From: a virus
Virus record (IMG/VR): IMGVR_UViG_3300023184_003849
Coordinates: 32,001-96,000 of that record
Direction: 5' to 3' (one strand)
DNA: 64,000 nucleotides
Shown here: one piece after another, positions 54,601 to 64,000 of the stretch
Position numbering within the stretch: the first letter of the stretch is position 1
Layout: the number at the start of each line of letters is the position of its first letter
Translations under genes and position numbers: made by a program
Notes under the pieces: generated by a model
The model's input: the letters and a program-made list of their open reading frames with translations, nothing else
What the model was told of the DNA's origin: nothing
Database searches by the model: none

Positions 54601-57600
54601 AACAGCCGCGCCAAAATCACTATTGGCCACAGGGGAATCTACTGTGATTTGTCCTGTGGTTTGAAATACCTGTTGCTTTTGAACCACTTGCCACAAACCA
54701 CCACCATTGTCATCTATCCAAACATAGTCGCCAACAAGCAAATTATTAGCATAAGGAAGATCAACAATATCGCTGCCTTGTGCCACTCGTTGACTTTGCA
54801 GAGTAAATGCTGTGCCTGTTCCTGTGGCCACAATTTGATCTATCTGTAAGAAACTGAAAGCAATTGTGACTTGAAAAATATTTGGTACATTTATTACTCG
54901 ATAAACACCATCTACGCCCGAGCCAAAATACTTGATCAACAAAATATTGTCCACTGTCAAACCATGTGCCTGACTGAACGTGACCACCGCAGTGCCATTG
55001 AGATTGCTATTGACCTGTGTGACTTTGCCTTGTGCTTGTGCAGTTCTATAGATGCCCCAGTCATAGTCATTGATCTTGGCAACCCAAACTATGGATCCCA
55101 CGTTGACATTGTTTAGGTCAGCAGCCAGCGACGCAGTATTGTCAATGTTGAACACTGTGATGTCAACATCGTCAATGTTGACGTATCCAGCACTGGGCAA
55201 CACAGTGTCAGTTTTTTTGACCAAAGTGGTGGTTAAAATATCAGGACTGGTTATTTTGTAACTTTGATTCCAGATATCGTTTACTAAAACTGTTTGTTCT
55301 GCCTGGCTGGTTTCTCCAGGCACGACCACTTGTACCAAACTTGGGTTTGAAGTCAATAAGGCTTCATTCAGTCGTATTTCATAGAAACTTCTGTTGGCGT
55401 TGGCACCATATACACCACGTTGCACTGCCCAGTTTTCATAGATCTGATACTCGTTGACTCCACGACCGAGATCAGCAAATGTAAAAATTTCAGCGGCACG
55501 CACAGTGCCTTTGGTGCCAAGAAATTGACGATACAGATTCACTTGACTGGTACTGTCAAGATTAAGGGCAACCATATACTCTCTAGGTTTGAATCCAATC
55601 AAGTTATAGGCAAACAGGTCTTGGTTGAGTTCAAGATTGGCTTGGTACACATTGTATGTGTTGGCCAATTGGTCGCTCTTGTTGGGCAGGTTAGGTAACA
55701 GACCCTGTTGAATCAGAGTGTAGTCACTGCGTGTCCAGTTGTTGAAATCAAACTTGGGTTTGGGCTGTACAATATCAACTGCACTGTAATAAAAGTTTTT
55801 GTACAACACAATTTCACCACGAGCATATTTGCGTAGTGGTTCCCATTCTTTTACATTGTCTTGATTTAATATAAAACCAGGTGCATTGAGTTGACCATTC
55901 CAGTCTTGTGTAACTGATCCAATCAATCTTATTCTACTTTGTCTAGCACCAGTAGCAGGATAGTAAATTAAATCAGCAAATATGCTTTGATTGTCCAACA
56001 CAACCATGTTTTCATAAGATGTAAATTTAATGTGGAAATAGTTTATGGTATCAGCAGTGAGACTTCTCAGAGTAAATGTGTTGTCCAGCCTTTCAACCAC
56101 TAGATCTCGCGTGGCAAATGGAGTACGATCAGCATTGAGAACCATGTTTTCTGTTGTTTGTAATGCAATGCTGTCAACTATGGCCTCAGGTCTTTCCACA
56201 ATTATCTGTGTGGCGCCTGGATTCAAATTTATAATGCTTCCTTCGGCCCACCCTTGACCACTCCAGTACAGAAATTCGCTGACCATTTGATTCCAGTCAA
56301 GCACGTAGCCATTTTCCATTTGATTGAATACCAATCCCTGTTCTTGTAGTAGGGCTCCATAACTCAGTAAGAAATCTGCTACCAAGGTTCTGTTGGTGAA
56401 TGTGTATCCATAAGGTACCTGGACCACTTGGTCGCTGTAACTCACTGGCACACGCACTTCAAACCCGCCAGCACTTATTGTACTCAACACCCCGTTTACC
56501 TTGCTGACCAAGATGTCAAAGTAAGGTTGTATGGTGCTATAGCCGTATACTGCCCACCCATTTGCCGTTGACTGCACAATGATACTGCTGTAGGTCAACT
56601 GATCAAAAGGTACGTTCTTGTAAAACAACAGGTTGTAACTTTCATCGGGCAACAGCAAACTTGAGTTTAGACTGTTGGGGCTGGATTTTTCAGTATAAAT
56701 TTCTAGTAGATTTTTGCCTGTAAAAGCAGCCATTCTGTAGCACAAACGCACGTCAAGATTTTTTAGATCTGCTGTGAGTGCGTCGGTGGAATTGATTCCA
56801 CTTACTCGATTGAAGTCCACAATCCAGTCAATGTAACTGGCCTTGCTGACGCCGTTGCCATAGACTTCAATGCCATTGGCATCCAGTCTGTAACGACCGT
56901 TGTAGAGATATTGACCCAGTTCTGCATTATAGCGATAAAGATCACGATCTGCAAACAGGCTGAAGAATTCTGCTGGACGTGTGAGGGCCAACAGGCGCAT
57001 GATGGCAAATGGATATGCACTACTGGTTCTCCAGGCGTTCTCTACAGGAGCATCGTCACCAACCGCCCAATTTCTCTGGAAGTTGTTGCTGTTGAAATTA
57101 CCAACCACTGTTTCAATGGGCGGTAGTAACGCACCTTCGCTGCCGGATGGAATCACCTGTGTAAGTTGAGGTCTTGCATATTGAGGCAACACGTAAGGTG
57201 CCACAGGGTCTCGCACTAGACCTGCTGCCAAGTCATCCCACAACACCAAGTTGCCTGACGTGTAAGGTGCAGGACCGTATTCTGCTTCCCACCAAGAAGG
57301 CATTACACTGAAACCCAGCATTTCCCAAGGTCTTGTGTTGGGACTTATTGTGTCATAAAAATAGTTATAGATGCCGCGCCAGGCGCCTACGGCCAATGGT
57401 TGATTGGCAGTCAACTTGTTGCTGGCTGTGCTGTAATTCCAGGTGAAACCATTGTTGGGCAGGTAGTCCTGTGACTTGTAGTCCAATTTGTTCCAGCCAA
57501 CCCAGGTCAAAAAGTCTTGACTTTCTATGCCGGTGATTTCCTCCAGGGTATAATCTGTTGTGCGGAACTGTCCAGGCATAACTTCAGTGGCCACGAGGGG

Positions 57601-60600
57601 CACAGGATTACCATCCAGTTTCAAATTGTTGTATATTCTGGTTTCAAATTCCAACAACACTTGATCACGCAAGTCACCAAAAGCCACAGTGATACTTCCA
57701 TCGTGGCCGCGTATGACTCTTCTGGGCGTGACATAAGTGGTATCAATATAGGTCTCGGGCACAAACGCAGGATACAAACCCAGTTTGGTTGGAGTATTGG
57801 GTACAAATGTACCGTATGTGTCAGCATATTCCTGTATCACCACTGTGTCGCCCACTGCTAGTGGTATGGTAATGGTCAACGTTGGTGCATCTGTTGCCAC
57901 CACATATTCAATACCTCTTGTGAGCAGTCGGTCATTCACATACACAGATAATCCCAAATAGTTGGCAGAAGTGTAGTTGTATACTTGTGCAAGGTCAAAA
58001 GTATCTGTGGTAATAAAACTGATCACTGTTGAAGATTGTGTGTACACATTGCTGGCAGGCAACATGTCACTCCAATAAAATGGATTTGCACTGGTACGTC
58101 CAGCCACAAGATCAGTCACTACAGCAGTGAGTATTTCAGGCACAGTCATATTCACATAATCGCCAGACACAGCGGCATTCAACAATTGTGCTTTGTACTT
58201 TTCGTATTCTCTTGAATTAAATTCAAGACTGGCAAATATATTGTAGTTGGCACTGCGCAAAAAATAACCTGCCAATGTCATTGGTGCGCTTTGTTGTAGT
58301 ATGTTCAAGCCAAATGGTATGATATTGCCAAGGTCGCGTGAATTGTTGGCTCCATTTATTTTTCCTGTCAAGCCAATCAAGTTTTGTCCAATGGTATCGT
58401 AGTGGGTCCGTATAGTGCCTAGTGTGAGATTGGCAGCATTCTCATTCAAGGGATTGTTTTCAAGATTGACAGGAACTTGGTAAAAACCCACAGCACTGAC
58501 TTGGTCACTCAAGACCAACACTTCAATTATTTGTCCTGGCACAATTAGGGTGGTAGTAGGAAATGTGATAGTGGTAGTATTAGTTGTTGTTGTATAGGTA
58601 TAAGAGCCTGGATCCTGGAACTCACTGTCCACATAGATCTTGATAGACGGAACTGTGTCTACTGGCAAGGCTGCCACATCCAACAACAAAGGTGTGTTAG
58701 AGGCGTAAGTAAAACTAAACTGCTGATAGATCTTGCTCTTGACTGCGGCCGTTTGCCAACCTATTTCTTTGGTATAAACAGTGCGATTGGCATACTGTCT
58801 TACAAATCCAATGCTGATATTTTTGGTATAACTTATGTCATTTTGCACATAAAGAAATGTGTCAGCATAGAGGTTGTTGTCAAAAACAATATCACCTATG
58901 TTGTTGAGACTGAGATACCGTAGAGGAAAACCCAACACAGTATCGTCTAGACCCGGCCCTAAAGCATAACTAAACAATTTGCTGCCTGCAAATGTACTGC
59001 TAGGATAGGCCACAGGATTGCCAAGACTGTAGCCATTGGTGTCAAATACATCAAACAACGGTGCTTGATTTACTCCAGTTTTTTGTTGTGCCCGAATCCA
59101 TTGCACACCATCATAATAAAAACTTATACCTTGCAAGGTGATGCCGCTGAGACAGACCACTGTTTGGTCAACCAGCACATCAGCATCTGAGGCAGGAACC
59201 AGATTGATCACTGGATATGAGAATGAACTGCCATCGTCACTGAAAGTAACAAATTCTACCACATAAATTTTGTTTCTTACGTCTGGATCGGTGTCACCAG
59301 CAAATATAACTCTAGTTCCCTCAACAAAAGTGTATCCATCTACACCATAACCCACTGTGCCATTTATGGTGCTGAGAGCATCTGTTGTGGCAAAATCAAT
59401 GATGTCCACAGGTTGTTTGCCTTGTGTGCCCATGTGCCATAATCTAGTTCCACCGCGGAATTCCAAAATAGGTCGCTTGGCCCTGTAGGCATTGTCAAGC
59501 ACAGGTATTGTGTTATTGTAAGTGGCTGCGGCTGAAATTACGTCAACATGAAACCAACGATTGCTACGGCTCCAGGCATTCAAGTCTGGTGAGTCCAATG
59601 CCATGGTAAGGTAGTCAGGCACCAAAGGCTGATTCAAACTGGCATCAAAATTACCCACGTCATAAGGTACAGAATCAAAAGGCACGGTGGCACTTTGAGT
59701 GTAGGTTTCAGGTGTGACATAATTGGTGACTGGCAATAATTGAATTGCTGTGCCAACTCCTGACACGTAGTATTCTTGATTGGTATAACTGCTGGGCACA
59801 ACCGGAGCAAGAAATTGCACTTTGAGATTGTTGGTAAACACCACACCATTGGGGCTGGTGTAATTTTTCTTGCCCAAGATATCTGTTGCAACATTGATAG
59901 TGGAACTGTCCGCTTGATCCACTAATCTAATTTGTCCAAAGATGTCTGGATTGGTGCCATCTTGATACCATAACACATCTTTGATTGCAGTCAATAGCGG
60001 AACCTGAGAGATCACACTGCTGGCATCATTGTACCAAGTGGTACTGGCCCACTGTGTGCCAAACAACACGTCAAATTTTGTCAATGTGCTCAGTGTAGAA
60101 ATAGGCAACAAGTTTACAATAGGCAAATTGTTGATGTCATAGGAGTATTGAATCTGCCAAACGTTGTTGGTTGGAAATGTTGGACTGGTTGTGAATACCA
60201 ATGTTTTGTTGTTGAGATTGGTTATGCCATCTATGCCACCATAGTCAGCAATGATGTCGCTGAGATACATGCCGTTCAACTGATCATAACTCAAATCACT
60301 CAGCAGGTCTACATTACCTATGCTGACAAGATCATAATAGAACTGTTGTGCATTTTTGAATGGCACATAAAAAGTCACTGTGCCTAGATCTTCGCCATTG
60401 TTGGTCACTCCCATCACACTTCTACTGCTGATGTTAGGTGCATAAGGCAATTGACCATTGATGCCAGGATCAGTTTGAATCCAGAATGGATTTCCAGTCT
60501 GGCTCACTTCAAAAGTGTAATTGCCCCCACGTACCAGCGTTATGGTAGGATTATTGCCTATTGCTCCACTGAACGTGTATGAGTTGGTACCACGAACAAC

Positions 60601-61068
60601 TGAGAAATTGTCTGTCAAAGGTATTGCTGTGGCAAACACATTTACAGCATCAGGTCCTGCCGGTAACCAATAGTACTGACTGTAGTTTACAAACTTGTCA
60701 AAACTTACAAAGGGATCCCAGGTATAATAATCACTGGTATACAGTCGATCACTGTTGTTGGTCACTGCACCTTGTATTGCCAGAGAGTCTGTGATACCTG
60801 GATAAGTGATGGCATCTTGTATCTCTTCAGTGTCGGGTTTGAGACTGATAACACCAGGCTCCAATTGATAGTTGGCTCGAGTGGCATTGGGTTCTAGCAC
60901 ATAGTAATCATTGGGGTTGACCCCCGGACCAACCCTGCGTCCAACATAACCCTGTACTTTTTCAAATGCAGGTTCTTGAACCAACTGATCAAGCGTGGCA
61001 TTTAAAAATTGTTTGTTAGGAACAGTCTGAAATATTTCAGGTAAAAAATCAACAGTGCGTATGGCCAT
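48601..61068 (-). CDS. Giant 4155-aa virion protein (baseplate/tail, with FG-GAP-like propeller repeats)
   Basis: Uninterrupted ORF; FGxxV...GAP...GAVY repeats; repeated beta-sandwich modules (V.VNG, FT.AP..G); next to the baseplate wedge gene. Confidence 0.85.
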   Translation of the reverse strand: MAIRTVDFLPEIFQTVPNKQFLNATLDQLVQEPAFEKVQGYVGRRVGPGVNPNDYYVLEPNATRANYQLEPGVISLKPDTEEIQDAITYPGITDSLAIQGAVTNNSDRLYTSDYYTWDPFVSFDKFVNYSQYYWLPAGPDAVNVFATAIPLTDNFSVVRGTNSYTFSGAIGNNPTITLVRGGNYTFEVSQTGNPFWIQTDPGINGQLPYAPNISSRSVMGVTNNGEDLGTVTFYVPFKNAQQFYYDLVSIGNVDLLSDLSYDQLNGMYLSDIIADYGGIDGITNLNNKTLVFTTSPTFPTNNVWQIQYSYDINNLPIVNLLPISTLSTLTKFDVLFGTQWASTTWYNDASSVISQVPLLTAIKDVLWYQDGTNPDIFGQIRLVDQADSSTINVATDILGKKNYTSPNGVVFTNNLKVQFLAPVVPSSYTNQEYYVSGVGTAIQLLPVTNYVTPETYTQSATVPFDSVPYDVGNFDASLNQPLVPDYLTMALDSPDLNAWSRSNRWFHVDVISAAATYNNTIPVLDNAYRAKRPILEFRGGTRLWHMGTQGKQPVDIIDFATTDALSTINGTVGYGVDGYTFVEGTRVIFAGDTDPDVRNKIYVVEFVTFSDDGSSFSYPVINLVPASDADVLVDQTVVCLSGITLQGISFYYDGVQWIRAQQKTGVNQAPLFDVFDTNGYSLGNPVAYPSSTFAGSKLFSYALGPGLDDTVLGFPLRYLSLNNIGDIVFDNNLYADTFLYVQNDISYTKNISIGFVRQYANRTVYTKEIGWQTAAVKSKIYQQFSFTYASNTPLLLDVAALPVDTVPSIKIYVDSEFQDPGSYTYTTTTNTTTITFPTTTLIVPGQIIEVLVLSDQVSAVGFYQVPVNLENNPLNENAANLTLGTIRTHYDTIGQNLIGLTGKINGANNSRDLGNIIPFGLNILQQSAPMTLAGYFLRSANYNIFASLEFNSREYEKYKAQLLNAAVSGDYVNMTVPEILTAVVTDLVAGRTSANPFYWSDMLPASNVYTQSSTVISFITTDTFDLAQVYNYTSANYLGLSVYVNDRLLTRGIEYVVATDAPTLTITIPLAVGDTVVIQEYADTYGTFVPNTPTKLGLYPAFVPETYIDTTYVTPRRVIRGHDGSITVAFGDLRDQVLLEFETRIYNNLKLDGNPVPLVATEVMPGQFRTTDYTLEEITGIESQDFLTWVGWNKLDYKSQDYLPNNGFTWNYSTASNKLTANQPLAVGAWRGIYNYFYDTISPNTRPWEMLGFSVMPSWWEAEYGPAPYTSGNLVLWDDLAAGLVRDPVAPYVLPQYARPQLTQVIPSGSEGALLPPIETVVGNFNSNNFQRNWAVGDDAPVENAWRTSSAYPFAIMRLLALTRPAEFFSLFADRDLYRYNAELGQYLYNGRYRLDANGIEVYGNGVSKASYIDWIVDFNRVSGINSTDALTADLKNLDVRLCYRMAAFTGKNLLEIYTEKSSPNSLNSSLLLPDESYNLLFYKNVPFDQLTYSSIIVQSTANGWAVYGYSTIQPYFDILVSKVNGVLSTISAGGFEVRVPVSYSDQVVQVPYGYTFTNRTLVADFLLSYGALLQEQGLVFNQMENGYVLDWNQMVSEFLYWSGQGWAEGSIINLNPGATQIIVERPEAIVDSIALQTTENMVLNADRTPFATRDLVVERLDNTFTLRSLTADTINYFHIKFTSYENMVVLDNQSIFADLIYYPATGARQSRIRLIGSVTQDWNGQLNAPGFILNQDNVKEWEPLRKYARGEIVLYKNFYYSAVDIVQPKPKFDFNNWTRSDYTLIQQGLLPNLPNKSDQLANTYNVYQANLELNQDLFAYNLIGFKPREYMVALNLDSTSQVNLYRQFLGTKGTVRAAEIFTFADLGRGVNEYQIYENWAVQRGVYGANANRSFYEIRLNEALLTSNPSLVQVVVPGETSQAEQTVLVNDIWNQSYKITSPDILTTTLVKKTDTVLPSAGYVNIDDVDITVFNIDNTASLAADLNNVNVGSIVWVAKINDYDWGIYRTAQAQGKVTQVNSNLNGTAVVTFSQAHGLTVDNILLIKYFGSGVDGVYRVINVPNIFQVTIAFSFLQIDQIVATGTGTAFTLQSQRVAQGSDIVDLPYANNLLVGDYVWIDDNGGGLWQVVQKQQVFQTTGQITVDSPVANSDFGAAVDQAHENVYAIVGAPSYGDTQSGAVYTFVRTSGNPFTQNSRIECDNPGTYGFGSCVSIGSQTWAAVGAPDSIGSDSSANSGYVGIIYRFPNSPTFLLSNLLTVPDDTYIDSGSEFGTSVVVSADEHWMYIGAPGINQVFAYSLVEVQNQLVQYTTNGTQFVFQYNNDVIIDSGEYQQLFVVLNNQLLTYSTDYTVTDTTVVLNSIPVQDLVLKIGRRVEKTFTGNGVTLTFSLNEYLYSAKNIYSFKVTVNGTIQRPNIDYSFDTATRNITFTVAPTGTVDVITQSYYTYVDALAPQGLAANARFGQSVSCSTDGRQVIVGCSGDSYNSVSGAGAVYVYDRSVQRFIVTSNTQTVYTTDAPLVSPTSVILNNEFLSDTAGSTSSEYTVTGANEITLASPAAVGDILEIEINTFSLLQIIGSNAAFENANYGQAVDLCRYNCSLYAGAPQDGSILPQAGAVERQVNQSRVYGVTTSTINARLNPGNTIRINNMEVALSAPVSWNSALTFAVDTIVEYNQGLWIAVQTVPVGTSLNDTNYWTPSSWAAVLAQDINNSTVPNVIAYAGSVPGTQGFGLLTISVENTDAAVSGNKLTVLPGLIGNIFDSMVFETFVYTQTIVSPYPVAYAGFGSAVNIDTSALTLTVGAPRGNLYRPTTFDSGNTYFDSKTTAFVGPLVQSGAVYTYDYFASATDSAATPGKFAFGLQIYDQTVSELDRYGTAVDYTNGILLAGSPGDDLGDSTLIAQNYGAVSIFNNPDLSPSWRVTNLQQPVVDVSLINGVFTYDRITSAKTAFLDFFDPLQGKILGAARQNIDYIGAVDPAAYNVGAKNNNGRIWATSYVGQIWWDTNSVRFIDPNQDDIVYAARRWGQTFPGSSVDVYQWTASSVPPANYAGPGVPKNTVNYSVTTGLNTAGVFATTYYFWVKNITTINTTIGKTLSPSGIARYIADPRSSGIPYVAFVSPSATAIYNAQDQLSASDTVISIEFDRQFTDNNVHVQYDLLPQDRADGFLPDNLYQKLQDSLCGADPLGALVPDPGLSPAQRYGVQFRPRQSMFDNRFLALQNYLQYVNAVLLQYPISEIRSFNLLNSSEPEPQTGTGAWNKRVANIEELSYQDLVQVPVGYKYLVVSDSTQNGLWTIYTVTTPKTFATLFLSRVQNYDTRNYWEYVTWYLPGYNSSVKIIAEVSNVATLNTLSLTAAPVGSSVKVTANSQGKFEIYLRTNTGWDRVGLQDGTIQFLAELWDYALGRYGFDVEVFDAQHFDQEPVTETRKIIQAINEQLLIGDLLIERNRALILMFNFVLSEFEAPEWLTKTSLIDVDHKIRQLIPYQTYQRDNQDFVLNYIQEVKPYHVQIREFNLIYNGLDVYQGTLADFDLPAFYNTTQVPNQYMSPVLTPYTLSTATGTGHPSTYSDVDPDSALWQTQPYSFWFENYTLSIQDVVIADGGSGYTVAPELTVTGDCVSQATMTATVNSAGVISSVTITDPGSGYTSTAIITVSGGNGTGGRIVAVMGNDLVRSINTTIRYDRYQYTTTIETWQANVAYDNGVQVRYDNRVWQANSGDSTPVQSAEFDPDNWLLIPASALSGVDRTMGYYVPGPNEPGLDLPLLIDGIAYPGVQVLAPTFSQNTGFDVGNFDINPFDNISYGPEGRPTYDPAILDAIYESSFLDPYLGTRATDINVDGGQFVGPYESHAPEELVPGAVFDTLDFRVYSRQFNLSYGDGSTTGPYYAPTASLDVEVAVNNVVISPDQYTVSSDSTVAEVTFNTAPANGSVIVVLESDPITGLELRIFQDMRGVQATYRMTSATTTELVQTLYADQDTIYVNDAGALAEPDLANNIWGVLTVNGERIMYRQRDTITNTVSSLLRGTAGTAVTLHSTGDTVYNLNRDNLAPVEYQDHYEGSNTLADGTTTIFTADVDLSQEDSTFDEQAVLVYVGGLLQTSGYSVTGDNPVTVQFTTAPTAGYQVTIQVRQGLSWYGAGSTTAYDGVGLEYTNTEAAEFFRG

Positions 61069-64000
61069 TAGATCACTCCACTGCCAGGAGCAGTTCTAAT
61101 ATTTGTGCTGGTCAATGCTGTAATTACTTCTACACTTGAAACTCCGGCACCATTCACAAATATTTCACTAGGCGCACTGCGTATTTCATACAAATCACCA
61201 AAACTCTTTAAAGGGTCCAAAGGAACCAATACCACTGAACTGACCACTCCGCCCATGTTGGAATGAATATAGGCCGCCAGTTCTGAAAAATAAAACGTTT
61301 GTCCAAAATCCCATTTGTCAATACTGAAATAAGTGTTGAGATTGGCTATCACTAGATTTTTTATTTCACTTTCGCTGGCTGTGCTGTCGGCAGCACGAAT
61401 TACCTTGATTGTGGCTTGCAGTTCTTTGGCTGCTTTGGGACCAAACAAGGGTTTGAATACCACGCTGTTCACAATCACATTGTCGCTGATCATCTTGTAG
61501 TCATTGAGTCCCTGATAGGCCGTGCTGAGTTCGTCTATGGTAGGCACAGGAGGTTTGGGCACTGTGTTGGTGGTGTCCTTGATCCAGTTTTGATAGGCAA
61601 AATAATAGGCTTGATTGACCACATACAGATCAATTATGTTGGTTGTGCCTGGGTCAATTCTACTGGTCAGTGGCGCATTGTGTCTGTATTGATAGTAGAG
61701 ACTTTGACGACCGGTTCTGGCCAGCCATTCGTTGCTGACTTCTAGCAAACTGCGCACACCTGTGCCGCTGATGATCAGTTGATAAAAAGCACCCACTTGA
61801 CCGGCCAAGGGTCCAATGCCAATGGTTTGGTTGTAGGCATAGAAAATCTGTCCGGGCACAAACTGTGTCATGACCACTTCTATATCATCTTTGGTAGCAT
61901 ATTCTGAAACCACGCGGCCTGGTTCAACCAACAAATAACGTTGCAGATTGTCAAAGTCCACGGTCTTTTCAAAGAAAACAAGTTTGGTGGTGGGATTTAC
62001 AGTGGGTGCCACTATTTCATCAAAGAAGTCAGGATCATCTGGAACGCCATCTGAATCTGAGTCTTGATAACTCACAAACACCTGATAGTCATCCACAAAA
62101 CCGTCGCTCTCAACTGGTTGTCCCACAATAGCCAATTTGATATCTCCGGGCAAGGGCACATTGGTATCGGGTTGTGAATTGGTTTTGAGAACATTTACAA
62201 AATCAGAGATCACAGTGCCGGTACGGCTATCATATATGCGTTGGTTGGTTTCAAAGAAAAATCTGGTTTGAATCACTGATCCAAACAAATAAAACAGCGC
62301 ACGACTGGTTACTGAATAGGTGGTTCCGTTGCTGACAAATTGTATCAACCAAGAAGCATCTTGATTGGTACCAGATGTTGATTGTGCATTGGTCAAACTG
62401 AATGTGGCATCCACTGCTAGATTTGTGCTTGTGATCACATACCACGTGGCAGTGGTATTGTTGTAGCCAAGACCAAAATTGCGATTCAACAATATCTGAT
62501 TGGTTATATCAGTGATATTGGTTGTGGTGAAATCTGTCACGAACAACGGAATCACTGCTACAGGTATGGCACCAGTAGGCACAAAATTATTCAAAGTCAC
62601 TGGGCCTGTGCCATCAGCAAAATTGCCTTGACCTTGATTGGTTCCGTCCAGCACTATGGCTGTGGGACTGGCCCACAGTATCAGTTTGTCATTGTCTTGA
62701 CTGGGCGTGCCTAGTTTGAGTCTGTTGTTGCCGTCAAAATAGTAACCAGTGGGAGGTGCAAACTGTACCAAAGCACCAACTTGTATGTATTTGCTTGCTG
62801 TACTGCTGAATGTGCCAATGGCAGCAGGATTACCTAGAGAATTGACAAAATAACCAGTGGTCTCGTTGGCCAGTGTAGTACTCTGATTCCAGGTAAAATT
62901 CAAAACTGTTAGATTGGGTCTTGGAAAATTTGCGTAGTAGAATTGATCCAGACCAGTGGACACCAACAGAGGTTGTACACTGTCAGTTATCACTGTGGCA
63001 ATGTCATTGCGTGTTAGCCATGTGAAGTCAAATGTTGGCAGTTGATTTTCTTGCCACAAGGCACCGTCACTGCCAAAAGAATTGGTACTGGAATACTTGC
63101 CTGTGTTGTCTACTAGATCAAGATATCGTGAAGTGCCAATTGAGGCTCGGTTTAGAGCCTTGCTTTTGATAATTGAATTGTACAAGGTAAACGGAAAGTT
63201 GTTGTAGTCTTCACCGTTGACCATGCGGTTCTGTGTGTAGTATCTAGCCGGCGCACGTTGTTTGATTTCGTCTAGAGTCTCTCTAGGTTGTGCATTGCTC
63301 ACAGGCTGTGTGATACCGCAAGTGAAAGTGATTGTTTCCAATTGCCCTGTACGACTCACATAACTGATGGGTATGACCACACTCTGCATTTCTTCTGGAT
63401 TGATAATGTAGGCCAAACCGTTTGAGGCTCGAACATAGGCACGGAACGTGCCCACAGGAATAGTACTGAATACTCCATCTCCGAATGTCAATGTGATTTG
63501 ATCATTGGTTCTGCTGACCACTGAAAAAAGTTTTCTTTGATCAGGTGCCAGTTGTTCTGCGGCTGCCGCATACACACTCTGCACATACTGCCATTCAAAT
63601 TGCACATTTCCCACTGTGTCCAGTTGATACAGCCAACGATCTTCGTTGTTGACACCTTCTATGTTGATGTTTACTGTGCGATTGGCAATGCGTTCGCCAA
63701 GATTGAAATCTTGATTTTGCAACACGCCCTGTTTGAAGTAAAAGAAGTATCCGGTGTTGGCACTGGCAAAGCCCAGTTGATCATTGCGGAACAAGAGGTT
63801 GAAAATACCGTTGGGCAAGGGACTGGGTTCATACACATAGTCTCGCCCCACAGAAGTGGAACTCACTGCCTCAAATGGCATGTTGATGCCGTCTACTGTG
63901 GCTGTGTAAGGAATTACTGGCAAGTAACCAGGCACCAGGTTGATGCTGTATTCAGATGTGTCAACTCCCACAATGGTTTGTTTGGCGCCAGGACGGCCCA
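61068..64000 (-). CDS. Baseplate wedge subunit (T4 gp6-like), 5' truncated by the window edge
   Basis: FGDGVF..P.G, ETLDEIKQRAP..Y.TQNRMV..EDY, WDFG..FYFSEL. Confidence 0.85.
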   Translation of the reverse strand, partial: GRPGAKQTIVGVDTSEYSINLVPGYLPVIPYTATVDGINMPFEAVSSTSVGRDYVYEPSPLPNGIFNLLFRNDQLGFASANTGYFFYFKQGVLQNQDFNLGERIANRTVNINIEGVNNEDRWLYQLDTVGNVQFEWQYVQSVYAAAAEQLAPDQRKLFSVVSRTNDQITLTFGDGVFSTIPVGTFRAYVRASNGLAYIINPEEMQSVVIPISYVSRTGQLETITFTCGITQPVSNAQPRETLDEIKQRAPARYYTQNRMVNGEDYNNFPFTLYNSIIKSKALNRASIGTSRYLDLVDNTGKYSSTNSFGSDGALWQENQLPTFDFTWLTRNDIATVITDSVQPLLVSTGLDQFYYANFPRPNLTVLNFTWNQSTTLANETTGYFVNSLGNPAAIGTFSSTASKYIQVGALVQFAPPTGYYFDGNNRLKLGTPSQDNDKLILWASPTAIVLDGTNQGQGNFADGTGPVTLNNFVPTGAIPVAVIPLFVTDFTTTNITDITNQILLNRNFGLGYNNTTATWYVITSTNLAVDATFSLTNAQSTSGTNQDASWLIQFVSNGTTYSVTSRALFYLFGSVIQTRFFFETNQRIYDSRTGTVISDFVNVLKTNSQPDTNVPLPGDIKLAIVGQPVESDGFVDDYQVFVSYQDSDSDGVPDDPDFFDEIVAPTVNPTTKLVFFEKTVDFDNLQRYLLVEPGRVVSEYATKDDIEVVMTQFVPGQIFYAYNQTIGIGPLAGQVGAFYQLIISGTGVRSLLEVSNEWLARTGRQSLYYQYRHNAPLTSRIDPGTTNIIDLYVVNQAYYFAYQNWIKDTTNTVPKPPVPTIDELSTAYQGLNDYKMISDNVIVNSVVFKPLFGPKAAKELQATIKVIRAADSTASESEIKNLVIANLNTYFSIDKWDFGQTFYFSELAAYIHSNMGGVVSSVVLVPLDPLKSFGDLYEIRSAPSEIFVNGAGVSSVEVITALTSTNIRTAPGSGVI

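Noticed and set aside
45587-62445. Plus-strand ORFs antisense to the structural genes
   Set aside because: Shadow ORFs arising from codon bias of the long minus-strand genes.
1-64000. CRISPR array, integrase/transposase, reverse transcriptase or DGR
   Set aside because: No regularly spaced direct repeats, TR/VR pair or such protein motifs were seen.

Overview
A 64 kb segment of a large lytic tailed dsDNA phage, myovirus-like and probably freshwater. A Betaproteobacteria-like host is inferred from the tmRNA tag ANDEQFALAA, ahpC/ahpD and the desaturase. The genetic code is standard. Layout: (1) 1-5.4 kb has small accessory genes, an ahpC-aldolase-ahpD operon and two phosphatases. (2) 5.4-14.7 kb is a translation-support island with 28 tRNAs (one lies upstream at 1611) covering all 20 amino acids, at least seven unexplained structured RNAs between the tRNAs, and a circularly permuted two-piece tmRNA. 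(3) 14.7-23 kb has a hydrolase, a glutamine amidotransferase, RNA polymerase omega, a MoxR-VWA pair and thyX. (4) 23-45 kb is a sugar/glycosyltransferase/carbamoyltransferase island with five tandem twitch-type radical SAM enzymes; a sixth is at 12.4 kb. (5) 45.5-64 kb has tail/baseplate genes including a 4155-aa protein. The best candidate for a new system is at 5428-5668, directly ahead of the tRNA array. A sigma70 promoter drives a leaderless 48-codon, codon-diverse leader ORF that overlaps mutually exclusive antiterminator/terminator hairpins. This looks like a ribosome-stalling attenuator that could switch on phage tRNAs when the host tRNA pool is depleted. Three ORFs also have their stop codons inside tRNA genes, so tRNA processing would leave nonstop mRNAs. 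All annotation was done by eye; no searches or folding programs were run.
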